Notes: generated by a model not told the origin, from the sequence alone. Counted from the first letter of the stretch, positions 32,631 through 43,807 are shown. The stretch: DNA of 64,000 nt from Chlamydiales bacterium (GCA_965206695.1 CBDBKM010000002.1:160001-224000); one strand, 5' to 3'. Numbers and translations are program-made.

Positions 32631-33035
32631 ATTGTCTATCCGGAAAGATGGAAAACCTCTAAAACAGCAATTTTTAACCTTAGTTACCATGTTATTTGGT
32701 GTCCTAAATATAGGAGAAAGGTTCTTGAAGGTGATATTGTTGTTCGTTTAAAGGAATTATTAGAATTAAAAGCTCTACAACTCAATATAGAGATTCACGA
32801 ACTGAATATTATGCCTGATCACGTACATATTTTTTTAAATACCAAGCCTATATATTCACCACAATTTTTCATAGGACAACTTAAGGGATATACAAGCCGA
32901 ATATTAAGGCAAGAATTTTCAAGCTTAAGATCCGGGTTACCCACACTGTGGACACGGTCTTATTATGTTGATAGTGTTGGAAAATTAAATGAATATACAA
33001 TCAGAAAGTATATACGGAATCAAAAAAACAAATAG
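32631..33035 (+). CDS. tnpA: IS200/IS605 Y1 transposase TnpA; no ATG/GTG/TTG start in frame
   Basis: Open frame RWKTSKTAIFNLSYHVIWCPKYRR...DHVH...W.RSYY...YI.NQ; in-frame TGA at 32592; only ATT-type starts available. Confidence 0.85.
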   Translation: MVYPERWKTSKTAIFNLSYHVIWCPKYRRKVLEGDIVVRLKELLELKALQLNIEIHELNIMPDHVHIFLNTKPIYSPQFFIGQLKGYTSRILRQEFSSLRSGLPTLWTRSYYVDSVGKLNEYTIRKYIRNQKNK

Positions 33036-33158
33036 ACACTTTCATCCCACCCTTAAAAAGGCGGGTTTTCTCGTTTAATTGTCATAAAGAACTCATGATA
33101 GCACTAGCGGTTCCTCCCATATGAGGAAATAAGCTCAAGCAGACAGCAAAGTTATTAG

Positions 33159-35585
33159 CCCGAATAGTATTCACTTGAGATTTAGCAAATGAAGTACCTC
33201 ACAGTGCAAGGGAACGAAACCTTTCTAATAAAACATAGGCAAGGGCAGAAAATAAGAGCCGTAATTGATTAGGCTACCATTTATGACAGGAGGTACGATC
33301 CGAAAATAAGAGTAACTGTTCTTTAATACGGTTTTCCGGATCTCCTCTTGCACAATAACTTTTATCATAAATGTTTTGCGGATCGTTCGTAAGAGAGGTT
33401 ACGGTAAATCGAGGATTGGCACCTTTAGAAGTATGTTCTGCTTTAGCTACGATTCTTCTTTCTTTTTTCCAACTCTTTGCAGCATAGAGAAAAGAAGTAA
33501 ATAAACGCTGCTTTTCCTGTGTTTCCTTGAAACGTTTTTCTGCTTCATTCCTTGTTTCTGTGATTTCTCTTTTTAAGCATTTATTTCCTGCGATACCTAC
33601 AACAAAATCAACTTGGTTTTTCTCACACCAATCAAAAATCTTATGCCTGCAAAAGCCGCTGTCTGCACGAAATATAATAGAACAATCCGGCCACACCTCT
33701 CGTAGTCTTTTGACTAAAAGAGATAAAACAGCCCAAGAATGTTTTGCCTGATCTTCACTATTTCTTCTAAGATAGGAGACAAGCAAATGACTACCGCAAA
33801 AAACATGCAGCGGTAAGAAGCAGTCTTTTCTATAATATCCATGGTAAAATTTCCCTTCCTGATTACCATGTACGGGATTATCAGTAGCATCAAAATCTAA
33901 AATAAGCTCTTGAAGAGGTTTTTTAAATGATTTTATAAATGATTCAACTAAAATGCGACTAATTTTAACTGCGGCTTCTCTGTCTGCTCGGTTTTCAAAA
34001 CGGCACAGTGTAGAACTACTTGCTAAAGGATGTTCAAAATCAATTGCCGTTTGAATAGCACCGTCATCTTTAAGTTTATCACTCACCTTACGCAAAGGTG
34101 ATGTAAAGAAAGTTTTTTCTCTAATTATGAGGAAAAAATATGTCAAAACAGCTCCCGGATATATATACGGATTACCTTATCAGCCAAAACCAATATGCTA
34201 CGGCTACCGGACTTTCAGCTTTATTAGATGGTGAGATCAGCCATGATAAAATTACTCGTTTTCTCAATAAGAGAGAATTTTCAGGAAAAGATTTATGGTG
34301 CTATGTAAAAGACACGTTGAAAAAATATTCAGGAGGTAAAGCCGGTGTTTTGATTATAGATGATTCTATCGAAGAGAAGCCTTACACGGATGAAAATGAT
34401 ATTATTGCATGGCATTTTTCTCATGCTAAAGGTCGGTGTATCAAAGGGGTTAACATTTTATCTACTCTTGTTCGTTATGATGACATTGCATTTCCTATCG
34501 GATATGAAGTCATATCTAAAACAGTACGTTTTTGTGATATCAAAACCAAAAAGGAAACAAGAAAATCCGATGTCACTAAAAATGAATTATTTCAAAAACA
34601 AATAAAGCAAGCTATACGGAATCAGGTCAAGTTTGATTATATTCTTGCAGATAATTGGTTTGGAGCTAAAAAAAATAGGGAGTTTATTCATTATGATACA
34701 GATAAGAAATTTATTTTAGGCATGAAGTCCAACAGACTCATCGCTTTCTCAGAAGAAGCAAGAAAAAAAGGTCAGTATCACAATCTTGAATCGATTAATT
34801 TCAAGGATGGAGAAAAAAAGATAGTCCGGCTTAAAGATTTATCTTTTCCCGTTTTCCTTAGTGAAAAAAGTCTTCAAAAACGAAGATAATTCCACGGGGA
34901 CTCTATACCTTGTGAGCAACGACTTAAACCATGATGCTGACTCACTCTATGAGATCTACAAAAAACGGTGGAGAATAGAAGAGTATCACAAATCTATTAA
35001 GCAAAATGCAAGCCTTGCAAAATCGCCTACCAAGGTTGAAAGAGCTCAAAAAAACCATATTTTTGCATCTCTTATATCTTATTGCAAGCCGGAATTTTTA
35101 AAAATTAAAACCTATCTTAACCATTTTGCCCTAAAATACAAATTATTGATCAAAGCAAATCAGGCTACCTTTCATGAGCCGGAAAAATTATATGCTATTT
35201 GATTTTGCGTAACATGAGTTTATCATGATCGTTTAAATCCTCATAACCCAAAGCAATACCATATACTCTTTGACACAGCATTTCGAGTGTGCTATGTGTC
35301 ACATAATTAGAATTGCGTTTATCAGGTATACAATCGGCTGCTTGTTCAGTCAGCTTTAGCTTTTTATCGACTTGACGCAGTAAAATAACCCCGCCGTCAC
35401 TTGTAATGTTACCGCCGGTAAAAGAATATTCTATTCTTTTAGATTTTATGGGTGAAAAATTGATTTGTTTTGTGTTACATTTTGTCATGAGTATTTTTCT
35501 TATTTGTTATGTTTGATGCAACTATACTTTAACAAGTTAAGTAAAAATACTCATTCTTTTTTCCGATTTTTATGAAATATTCGGG
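33159..35585 (-). mobile_element. IS1380-family element copy 2, interrupted by an IS701-like element
   Basis: Near-identical to copy 1; left TIR at 35574-35585; 3' end collapsed at a TATTCGGG microhomology; nonsense codon at 33274. Confidence 0.93.
34081..35219 (+). mobile_element. IS701-like element, transposase frameshifted near 34860
   Basis: Ends ACTCACCTTACGCAAA / TTTGCGTAACATGAGT; 5-bp duplication TTATC; IIDDS.EEKP, ADNWF, YKKRWRIEEYH. Confidence 0.9.
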
Positions 35586-35853
35586 CTAAAGGTAATGCTG
35601 AAACCGGACGAATGATAGGAACGATAAAAGAAGAACTGATTTGGTTAAAGAAATGGCCAAATATTGATATATTAAGTAATGAATTGCATCAATGGATTGA
35701 CAAATATAACAACTCTTATTTGCACTCAGCTTTAGGATATCAACCACCTATTAATTTTGAAAAAAACTTTAAGAAAACTGCAACATAGAATAAATGTGTA
35801 TTGAAATATTTATCCCTTTCTTTAAGCGTACATTAATGAGGGGGGTCACTACA
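35586..35853 (+). mobile_element. IS3/IS481-like transposase 3' relic with right end
   Basis: KGNAET.R...T.KEE..W...YN....HSALGY.PP; ends GGGGTCACTACA. Confidence 0.75.
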
Positions 35854-35896
35854 CTTGCAGTTTCCATAGAAGAGAACTTACATATCTACTAAGGTA

Positions 35897-37087
35897 TTAA
35901 TCCAATAGGGACTGAGCAACAGGAAGAGAAAGAATAAAAGTAGAGCCTTCTTTTTTTTCATTAGAACCTAACCGGATGTCTCCATTTTGACCTAACATTA
36001 ATTCTTTGCAGATCGATAAACCAAAACCCCTAATTCCTTTAGTATTACTCATTTTAGGTTGATCATACATATTGAATAACTTTTCACGCTGATCTTCCGG
36101 AATACTAGGTCCACTGTCATTAACAGATAGATATACTATTTGGCCTTCTTGCCATGCTTTTACTAAAACTTCTCCCTTATTGGGAATGTATCTAAAAGAG
36201 TTACGTAATAAAATATTCATAACTTTAGAAAGTTTATTATGATCTGCCATAATACATGGAGTTTGAATACTGATCTGAAAGATTAAATTAAGGCTCCTGC
36301 TGTCAGCAATAGGTTGAAATTGTCGGTGGATGACTTTTAAAAATTCCACTAAATCTATTTCCTCTAAAGAAAATTCACTATCCCCTGTCTTTAAAAGAGA
36401 AATTTCTTTGAGATCATTGATATAGATCATCAACTCTTCACTAATAAGTTTTACTTCTGCCAAATAGCTTCCTACTAATGCAGTCTGTTTACGATGGATT
36501 CGCTGTAATCCAATATGCGCAAATTGAATCAATTGATCCAACGGCAATTGAATATTGGAAGATAATTGCCGAATAAAAAGTAATTTATCCCTACTTTCAT
36601 TAGATAACTCATGATGCTTTACCCTTAATTCTTCGATATTCTTTTCTAACAGCTCGGAATAGTAATCAGCTTCTTGCCTCGCTTGTCTCCGTTCAAAAAA
36701 AACTCCCATTATATACGTTAAAAGGCTGATATCGATAACATTTTTACATAAAAAGCCATCTGCCCGGTTTTCTAATAAATCATGTATTTCAGGATAAAAC
36801 GTAGAGCCAATGTTTATTACGATATAGAGGCCCGGAAAATCTTCTCTAATCTTTTCTAAAAAGAGCTCGTTTTCCTTAATAATTATTTCGATATCAATGA
36901 ATAAAATATCAGGCACAAACTGTTCCAAAACAGAGCGGATATCATTCATATCTAAAAGTTCGACAACAGAAACTTTACTACGAGTAAAAAACTCGATAAG
37001 CTTATTTCGAAAAGTATCACTTTTATCAATGATTAAGGCCTTCGAAAGCTGATTTTTTTGAGCTTTTATATCAAGAACAGGCAACAT
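35897..37087 (-). CDS. Receiver + HisKA-like + HATPase hybrid lacking the phosphoacceptor His
   Basis: PDILFID receiver, coiled coil, H-box reads LSSNIQLPL, N/G1/F/G2 boxes (LLRNS, D.GP.I, LF, GFGL.IC). Confidence 0.8.
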   Translation of the reverse strand: MLPVLDIKAQKNQLSKALIIDKSDTFRNKLIEFFTRSKVSVVELLDMNDIRSVLEQFVPDILFIDIEIIIKENELFLEKIREDFPGLYIVINIGSTFYPEIHDLLENRADGFLCKNVIDISLLTYIMGVFFERRQARQEADYYSELLEKNIEELRVKHHELSNESRDKLLFIRQLSSNIQLPLDQLIQFAHIGLQRIHRKQTALVGSYLAEVKLISEELMIYINDLKEISLLKTGDSEFSLEEIDLVEFLKVIHRQFQPIADSRSLNLIFQISIQTPCIMADHNKLSKVMNILLRNSFRYIPNKGEVLVKAWQEGQIVYLSVNDSGPSIPEDQREKLFNMYDQPKMSNTKGIRGFGLSICKELMLGQNGDIRLGSNEKKEGSTFILSLPVAQSLLD

Positions 37088-37185
37088 ATCTCTTCATTTC
37101 TCATATATTTAGAGTCTAAATAGCTTTAAGAAGATGGAGCATAATAGATCAGATAGAAAATTATTGTTAAGTCTTTTTTGCATTA

Positions 37186-37699
37186 AACTTGTTGCAGTTT
37201 AAATTTTTAGTAGTTTCTAATAAGGTTTTTCAGAAAAATATCGAGGCAAGCAAATGATTGTAAGGACTTTTAAAACGAGCTAACGTGAAAAACAGACCAT
37301 GAGAGCTCTAACAAGTGTAAGTATTCATCAATTTAATGAATGGACTATTTTTTTCGAGCAAGTGCTTTTCCATGCCGCAAATAAAAAGCAAAGAGTACGT
37401 GGTATTGGAGATGGGTATAAAGGGATATTGCGAAATGTTAAAGCAAAAGTTTTTTTATCTTGTTTTATCTAAAGGCCTATCCTATTTTTTCTTCCTGATC
37501 AACCTGAAGTCTATATCCCTAAAAAGAAGGGGGAAAAGACGCCTCTTACCGACTTGGAAATATTAAACAATCAAGCAATAAGCTCCTTAAAAATGCCGTT
37601 ATTATGTGCAGGTCTTTGGAACTTCCATTTAAGTCGAAGATGATCAACAAAAATTAAGAGGGGCTAAACTTATACAACTGTTATTGCGCAACAAATCTA
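37186..37699 (+). mobile_element. Internally deleted IS5-like relic
   Basis: Inverted ends ACTTGTTGCA / TGCGCAACAAATCTA; fragments MRALTSVS...F.E and IPKKK....LT....NQ.ISS. Confidence 0.55.
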
Positions 37700-39976
37700 T
37701 TAGAAAAAAGTAAAAACAGGATCCACATCGATAAAAAACCGAACATCTTTTGAAAAGAATAACTTTTCTTTTATCTTCGTTACGCACTGTTGCAAATGAT
37801 ACATGCTTGGCCCTTTGACCAAAAATTGAAATCGGTAATTGTCTTTAACTTTGGTATAGCCACTTGTAACAACAGGGTAAACCTCATAATTTACCGGAAG
37901 ACTTTGTCTTAAATTTTTATAAAATAGATTTGCTCGGTTATGTGTCTTTTTCTCATCTTTTCCACTAAAACAGAATTTTGCCATATGTAAATAGGGAGGG
38001 AAATTAAAAAGCTTCCTGGTTTGTATTTCTTTTTGATAAAAGGCAAAAAAATCTTGTTTGGAGGCTAGATCTATAACAAAATTATCAGGCATTAAGGTTT
38101 GAATAATGACTTTTCCTTTTATCTGTCCTCTTCCTGACCTTCCGGATACCTGGGTGATTAGCTGAAAAACATGCTCAGAAGCTCTAAAGTCCGGTATATT
38201 TAATGAAGCATCACTATTTAATACTCCAACTAAGGTTACAGCCGGAAAATGCAATCCTTTTGCAATCATTTGAGTTCCTATTAAGACATCCGCCTTTTGA
38301 TTTCTAAAGGCATAAAACAGTCTATCATAACTACCCTTATGTCTTGTCGTATCGCCGTCAATACGAATAGTGCGAATATCCGGAAAAATAGCGTGTAAAG
38401 ACTTTTCTATTTGTTCCGTACCAACCCCTTTGAATTTCATGGTAGCATCACTATGACAGCCGGGACAGGTCTTTGGGGGGGGCGTACGTAAATAGCCACA
38501 CAGATGACAAGCTAATGTGTTGGTTTTTAAATGAAAGGTCAAAGATACATCACAATGAGGGCAAGAAATAGCTGACTGACATTCTAAGCAAATCAAAGCG
38601 GTATGATAACCCCTTCGATTTAAAAATAAGATGCTTTGCTCTCCCTTTGCATACCCGGATTTTATTTCTGTTAGCAGAAGATCCGAAAAAGAAGTATATC
38701 CCTTTTTCTTTTCAAATTCTCTTTTCATATTTACAATACTGACTTCGGGAAGAGTGGCATTATCAGCTCTATGATTCAATAGACTTAAGGTATATTTTTT
38801 TTGTTCTGCGTTATAATAACTCTCAATTGAAGGCGTTGCACTACCTAGAACCACACAACATTGATTAAGATGCCCTCGCATCACTGCAATATCTCTGGCA
38901 TGATAACATGGCATATCATCCCCTTGTTTATAGGAATGCTCATGTTCTTCATCAACAATAATGAGACCAATATTCTGCAAAGGAGAAAAAATAGCTGAAC
39001 GTGCCCCAATAACTATAGATGCTTGCCCTCTTTGAATCCTATGCCATTCATCATATCGCTCTCCTTGGCTTAAGCGATGGTGTAAGATGGCTATTTTACC
39101 TTCAAATCTAGAACGAAAACGCTCTATCGTTTGAGTGGTTAATGCGATCTCCGGTACTAACATCGCCACTGTCTTCTTAAGATCGAGTGCTAGTTGTATC
39201 GCTTGTAAATATACTTCTGTCTTTCCGCTTCCGGTAACCCCGAATAAAAGATGGGTCTCATACATCTGATCAGTTAACGACTTAGCAATTTTATCAAAAG
39301 CTTGCTGCTGTTCAGCATTTAATATTTTCGGCCCGGTAGGAAAATATTCTGCATCTGCCAGAGGAGAACGCGTTATTTGTACTTTACTGACACACAAGAT
39401 ATTTTTTTTTATCAGGCCATCAACACTTGATCTTGAAGCTGAGGATTTTTCAAGCAATTCTGTTAATAAAATATCTTTTTTTACTCGTAACATCACCTCT
39501 AAAATGCTAGCTTGTTTGGGACTTTTTTTTCGTAGGGAAATGCATAAGTCTCTCAACCCTTCAATACTTTTTTGTCTTCGGACGCATTGTTGTTCTTTCT
39601 CCCGCATATCTCCTCTTATACTAGCAGGTAAAAAGGTTTTTAACACTTTTCCTAAAGGTGTTTGATAATAACGAGCCATCCAAAGGGCAAGTTTGATAAG
39701 ATCGCCTTTTAATAAAGGAACATCCGATAATAGCTTTGAAATGGGTAATACCTTTTTAGGTTTCTTGGTATCTTTAATTTCTAAGACAATACCTTTTCTT
39801 AAAAAACCCCGTACAAGGACTTCTACTCGCGTCCCCGCTTGTATTTTATTTAAAAAGGGTGTTTGAATACCATAATCCAAAGTTTTATCAATGCCCAGAT
39901 CCAACACGACCGCAGCATACTTTTCATAGGTTTCACCCATAAGCGAATCTATAGAACCTTTTTTAAATTTTCCCAT
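37700..39976 (-). CDS. priA: Primosomal protein N' (start probably 39940)
   Basis: GVTGSGKTEVY, DEEH, zinc knuckles, GTQMIAKG. Confidence 0.98.
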   Translation of the reverse strand: MGKFKKGSIDSLMGETYEKYAAVVLDLGIDKTLDYGIQTPFLNKIQAGTRVEVLVRGFLRKGIVLEIKDTKKPKKVLPISKLLSDVPLLKGDLIKLALWMARYYQTPLGKVLKTFLPASIRGDMREKEQQCVRRQKSIEGLRDLCISLRKKSPKQASILEVMLRVKKDILLTELLEKSSASRSSVDGLIKKNILCVSKVQITRSPLADAEYFPTGPKILNAEQQQAFDKIAKSLTDQMYETHLLFGVTGSGKTEVYLQAIQLALDLKKTVAMLVPEIALTTQTIERFRSRFEGKIAILHHRLSQGERYDEWHRIQRGQASIVIGARSAIFSPLQNIGLIIVDEEHEHSYKQGDDMPCYHARDIAVMRGHLNQCCVVLGSATPSIESYYNAEQKKYTLSLLNHRADNATLPEVSIVNMKREFEKKKGYTSFSDLLLTEIKSGYAKGEQSILFLNRRGYHTALICLECQSAISCPHCDVSLTFHLKTNTLACHLCGYLRTPPPKTCPGCHSDATMKFKGVGTEQIEKSLHAIFPDIRTIRIDGDTTRHKGSYDRLFYAFRNQKADVLIGTQMIAKGLHFPAVTLVGVLNSDASLNIPDFRASEHVFQLITQVSGRSGRGQIKGKVIIQTLMPDNFVIDLASKQDFFAFYQKEIQTRKLFNFPPYLHMAKFCFSGKDEKKTHNRANLFYKNLRQSLPVNYEVYPVVTSGYTKVKDNYRFQFLVKGPSMYHLQQCVTKIKEKLFFSKDVRFFIDVDPVFTFF

Positions 39977-40740
39977 AAAGAACGCTTTAAATTTTTATCT
40001 AAAGCATACGAGTCAAGATCCGCCAACATAAAAAGAGATACTCCATGAATTGTCCTTAAGGGGGGCGGCTCATAGAGCTTCATTAGATATGGCAACTCAT
40101 AAAGATCTGCTTCTGCAATAATGATTAATTTTATTTGCTTGCATGCTTTCAATAATTTCTGCCAAACTTTAGCCGTATCAATAGAATCCCCTATAACAGA
40201 AAAAGCCGGAGCTAAGTGCATATTGATCGCATGAGTTAAATTTTTAATAAGATCACTTGTATTTAAACTGCTTTGGATTAATAAGACTTCCATATCTTTA
40301 TATTGTTCAAAATCAAGATTTAAATCCTTTTCAATCGACTCAAATGTGGCTGTTTCATCTATGATTTCGATATTAGGAAATATTTTTGAAAAAATGACTT
40401 TTACATCTTCAAAAACTTCTTCTTTTATCTCTTCAACCGATTCAACGGCAAAACTCGTCTCTATTTTGATCTCAGGAATTTCCGGAGATTCTGTTGTTTC
40501 TATTGTCGTTGGATTTAGAACACTCGATTTCGTTTGTATAGAATCTTGCAAATTAGAGAGTAGCTTAGTTTCTTTTTTACTAACCTGTACATGATTCTTT
40601 TTAACAACACTTTGCTTAAAAAAATCGCAAAGTAACTGATCACTGATAATATTATCTTTAAAACTATAGTTTTCTTTAATCCATTGCTTAGTAAGAGAAA
40701 TTAATTGCTTGTATTCATTTTGAGAATTCATTGTCACCAC
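39949..40740 (-). CDS. Conserved chlamydial hypothetical protein upstream of priA
   Basis: Long ORF, C-terminal LKRSLW motif, coupled to priA. Confidence 0.75.
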   Translation of the reverse strand: MVTMNSQNEYKQLISLTKQWIKENYSFKDNIISDQLLCDFFKQSVVKKNHVQVSKKETKLLSNLQDSIQTKSSVLNPTTIETTESPEIPEIKIETSFAVESVEEIKEEVFEDVKVIFSKIFPNIEIIDETATFESIEKDLNLDFEQYKDMEVLLIQSSLNTSDLIKNLTHAINMHLAPAFSVIGDSIDTAKVWQKLLKACKQIKLIIIAEADLYELPYLMKLYEPPPLRTIHGVSLFMLADLDSYALDKNLKRSLWENLKKVL

Positions 40741-40767
40741 CCCACTATGAGCGGGCCACTAATCCTT

Positions 40768-41544
40768 TTAGTTGCCAATAGAGCAAGACTCCAACTTAGA
40801 CATATGAGTGGAAATTGAAGAAAGGAGATTGTCAAAGCCTCTTTTTGCATATTTTTCCAGAATTAAACTACCGGCTTCCTTTATTCCTTTAGGATACATC
40901 TTTTTTAAGATCTTTACAACAAACTCCGTCTTATAAAGAGCATCAAATTTTTCTCTGTGACGCAATAAAAAATACAAAACATTTTCATCTTCACGATATT
41001 GCATAATGATACGCAATATTAATCTGGAAACACGACGCATATTATCTATTAAACGATCCAAAAGTTGATAAAGAGCAACATAATTTGGTACTCGATTAGA
41101 ATCTTGAGGTTCTCGTTGCAGAGAAAGAATCACTTCTCTTGATTGTAATGAACTATGAAATGCCTTACTAACGCAGACATTCATATTGATAATGTCTTTA
41201 TCCTCAGCAGAGGAACGGTTTGTAAAAAGATAACAATAATGACGTAATTTATTCAGGCTCCCTTTCTCTGCTGCCCAAGAAACACTCTGCTCACTTACAA
41301 TCACCATTTGAGATCCCGTTAAAGCCGGAATAGCATGAAGCAACTGAGTCAAATAGCTATTAGCACCACCTCTTAAACGTTGTTTAATAAGATTTGATTC
41401 CATTTGATCGTAAGCATTTTCAATTTCTTGTACCTTCTTAAAAGAAGATAAAAATTCAGCTAAAATAAACTGAAACAAGAGACTGTTACTCTGGCAATAG
41501 ATATTTAGATTAGTGTCTGTAGGCGCACTGACTGCGTTCATCAC
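40768..41544 (-). CDS. Hypothetical protein
   Basis: 258-aa ORF co-oriented with neighbours. Confidence 0.75.
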   Translation of the reverse strand: MMNAVSAPTDTNLNIYCQSNSLLFQFILAEFLSSFKKVQEIENAYDQMESNLIKQRLRGGANSYLTQLLHAIPALTGSQMVIVSEQSVSWAAEKGSLNKLRHYCYLFTNRSSAEDKDIINMNVCVSKAFHSSLQSREVILSLQREPQDSNRVPNYVALYQLLDRLIDNMRRVSRLILRIIMQYREDENVLYFLLRHREKFDALYKTEFVVKILKKMYPKGIKEAGSLILEKYAKRGFDNLLSSISTHMSKLESCSIGN

Positions 41545-41663
41545 TAAAGATCCTTTATGTTAATATTACAAGCCTATTGGGGCTTACTTCATAACAAATC
41601 GAAGAGAAAAGTCACAGAAAAAAAATAGTTATACCTAACAACTAAAGCTTAAGTCATTATTGC

Positions 41664-43010
41664 TTAAATAATATCCGAAACCATTTTTTTGGGCTCTTTT
41701 GTAGGCTCATTGTCAAGTTCAAATACTATTTCTTTACGTAGTCGATAAATTCCACAAACATTAATGATCATTAATAAACCACCGAAAATAGACATAATGA
41801 TTAAAGCCTTGGAAGCATCAAAAAAGGGAAAAAGGATGAGAGAAAAAATAGCATAACCATAATAAAATCGTTTGCCCTTTTTAGGAGAAATCAAATTAGC
41901 GCATTTTAGGCCCACATAGAGATAGGTAATAACAGTAGAATATCCCAAAAGAAAAAGGAAGACAGGCATAAAATATCTCATAAAAGGAAAAAAGCGATTT
42001 AATGCCTCTTGAACAAGCAAAGATGATGAAATAGGTTCATGCCAAATACCTGTTAAAAGAATAAGCAAAACACTTAGAGTACAAACGATAAAAGTATCTA
42101 AAAAAACACCAAAAATAGCCAATGATGCTTGAATTGAGGGACGTGTTTCCTGAGATTCGCTATGTACTATAGATGCATAGCCGATGCCTATATCCCCTGA
42201 ATAACAACCTCTTGCTATTCCTTGTGACATCGTTAATAGAAAGTAACTTCCTGCAAAACCGCCAATTGCTGCATGACCGGTAAAAGCGGATTTGAAAACG
42301 ACAGACAATAGACCGGGGATGACGTCGGCATATTGAAAAATCACCCGGACGCTCATGATTAAATATAAAGTAAGAAACAATGGGATAATCACGGAACAAA
42401 TCTTTCCGACCCTTTTTATCCCTCCACCGGCTCCCCATAAAACTAATAATAAAAGGACCGCCACTACAAGAAAACGGTTGCAATGCCAATTAATTGAAAT
42501 ACTGTCTGCAACAACCCCAAAAATGTAAATCTCTACACCGTAGACGCAAAGAAGAACTGTGACTACATTCGGTACCCATTTATTCTTAAAAGCCTTCTTT
42601 AAAAAAAACATAGGTCCACCGTCATATCCCCCTTCCTTGTTAGGTTGACGATAACGAATCCCTAAGTACACTTCAGAATACTTGATAATCATGCCGAAAA
42701 AAGCAGCTATCCATGTCCAAAAAAGAGCCCCCGGGCCTCCAAGTTGAACACTCGTAACAATACCGACAATATTTCCAACACCTATAGCTCCTCCGATAGC
42801 AGCAAAAAACACTTTTATAGGATGCGCTCCTTTCTGATCAGCATCTTCTTTTTCTTTCAAAAAACTAAAAAATATACGCACAGTCTGAAAGAAACGCCTT
42901 ATTTGCAAAGCACCTGATTGAACAGTTAAGAAGCAACCTAATAAAATAATAAGGCCTGCACCGGCATAAGTCCAAAGGACACTATCTAAATTTTCAAGCA
43001 AGGAGAACAT
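41664..43010 (-). CDS. Sodium:alanine/glycine symporter family protein
   Basis: IGVGNI.G, GGPGALFW.W, GGPM motifs. Confidence 0.93.
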   Translation of the reverse strand: MFSLLENLDSVLWTYAGAGLIILLGCFLTVQSGALQIRRFFQTVRIFFSFLKEKEDADQKGAHPIKVFFAAIGGAIGVGNIVGIVTSVQLGGPGALFWTWIAAFFGMIIKYSEVYLGIRYRQPNKEGGYDGGPMFFLKKAFKNKWVPNVVTVLLCVYGVEIYIFGVVADSISINWHCNRFLVVAVLLLLVLWGAGGGIKRVGKICSVIIPLFLTLYLIMSVRVIFQYADVIPGLLSVVFKSAFTGHAAIGGFAGSYFLLTMSQGIARGCYSGDIGIGYASIVHSESQETRPSIQASLAIFGVFLDTFIVCTLSVLLILLTGIWHEPISSSLLVQEALNRFFPFMRYFMPVFLFLLGYSTVITYLYVGLKCANLISPKKGKRFYYGYAIFSLILFPFFDASKALIIMSIFGGLLMIINVCGIYRLRKEIVFELDNEPTKEPKKMVSDII

Positions 43011-43072
43011 CGTTTTTAATTAATACTTTTGATTTTATTGAGATATGTTTTATCAAGGGCTCTTCTTTTAAA

Positions 43073-43546
43073 TCAATGACTTAAAACCTTAAATAATGAG
43101 TCATTTAATTTTAAAAAATCTTCTTTCCAATAATAATGATCCAACAAATGATCCGCATCTCTTCCCAATATCTTACACGCTATATATAGAGCTTCAATAG
43201 AAGCTAATCCCACTTCAGGATCCGGACACCCGGTTTGTTTTCTGGGATACGCCGTAACAAAGCCTTTTGGAAGAGAGCGTTTTTCTATATGAACTGTCGC
43301 TCTTACCTGTTTTTCCATAATCTCTACATATCGCCAAGTGCCGTCAATTAAGAACAATCCCTTATTATGATCTCCCGGAGTTAATAAAGGCCCTTCCATA
43401 TGCAACATAAAATAGTTATCCAGATCAAATTCATCCTTTATAGGATAAGAATAAAACTGAAAACCTAATAAAGATTCCAATCCTCTTAAACTACACTTTT
43501 TCTTGTTTTCCTTTTTATGTCTTAAAATAATAATTATGGGATTCAT
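43073..43546 (-). CDS. Tsr3/DTW-like aminocarboxypropyltransferase-domain protein
   Basis: RH.KEN.KKCS, IDGTW, TAYPR, LASIEA. Confidence 0.7.
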   Translation of the reverse strand: MNPIIIILRHKKENKKKCSLRGLESLLGFQFYSYPIKDEFDLDNYFMLHMEGPLLTPGDHNKGLFLIDGTWRYVEIMEKQVRATVHIEKRSLPKGFVTAYPRKQTGCPDPEVGLASIEALYIACKILGRDADHLLDHYYWKEDFLKLNDSLFKVLSH

Positions 43547-43807
43547 TTATTCTTAAACTTTTTATAAAGATTAAGAACATCTTACGATAAAGAAGAGCTT
43601 TTTATAAAGAATTTAAAAAATGAAAAGCTTTTTATGCATAATCACCTATATACAATAGACTTATACAAAAAAAATCATCACATATTTTCAACAAAAATTA
43701 TTGCTTTTAAAGCTCTTACATGGCATCATTCGAGTGTATAAATTATTATTTTATTAACAGACAATGAAGTTATTGGTTAAATACTCATCAAAAACAAGGA
43801 AGCAAAT

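Larger units (their letters stand above)
31419..33083 (-). mobile_element. IS200/IS605 element copy 1 (divergent tnpA/tnpB)
   Basis: Right end ends TCAA, subterminal hairpins at both ends, TTTAT target 5' of the left end, no target duplication. Confidence 0.95.
31255..33158 (-). pseudogene. 3' remnant of a Bcr/CflA-like MFS transporter split by IS605
   Basis: Removing 31419-33083 gives an in-frame NNFAVCLSLFPHMGGTASAIMSSLFIIIASIITGFGS...KD; the 5' part was lost at IS1380. Confidence 0.75.

Noticed and set aside
33274..34146. 290-aa ORF as an intact transposase
   Set aside because: Starts inside the IS701-like end; it is a fragment of the interrupted IS1380 gene
27928..35589. Inversion between the IS1380 copies inferred from TTAG/CTAA flanks
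   Set aside because: Swapping flanks does not restore any gene; the similarity is explained by a YTAR target preference
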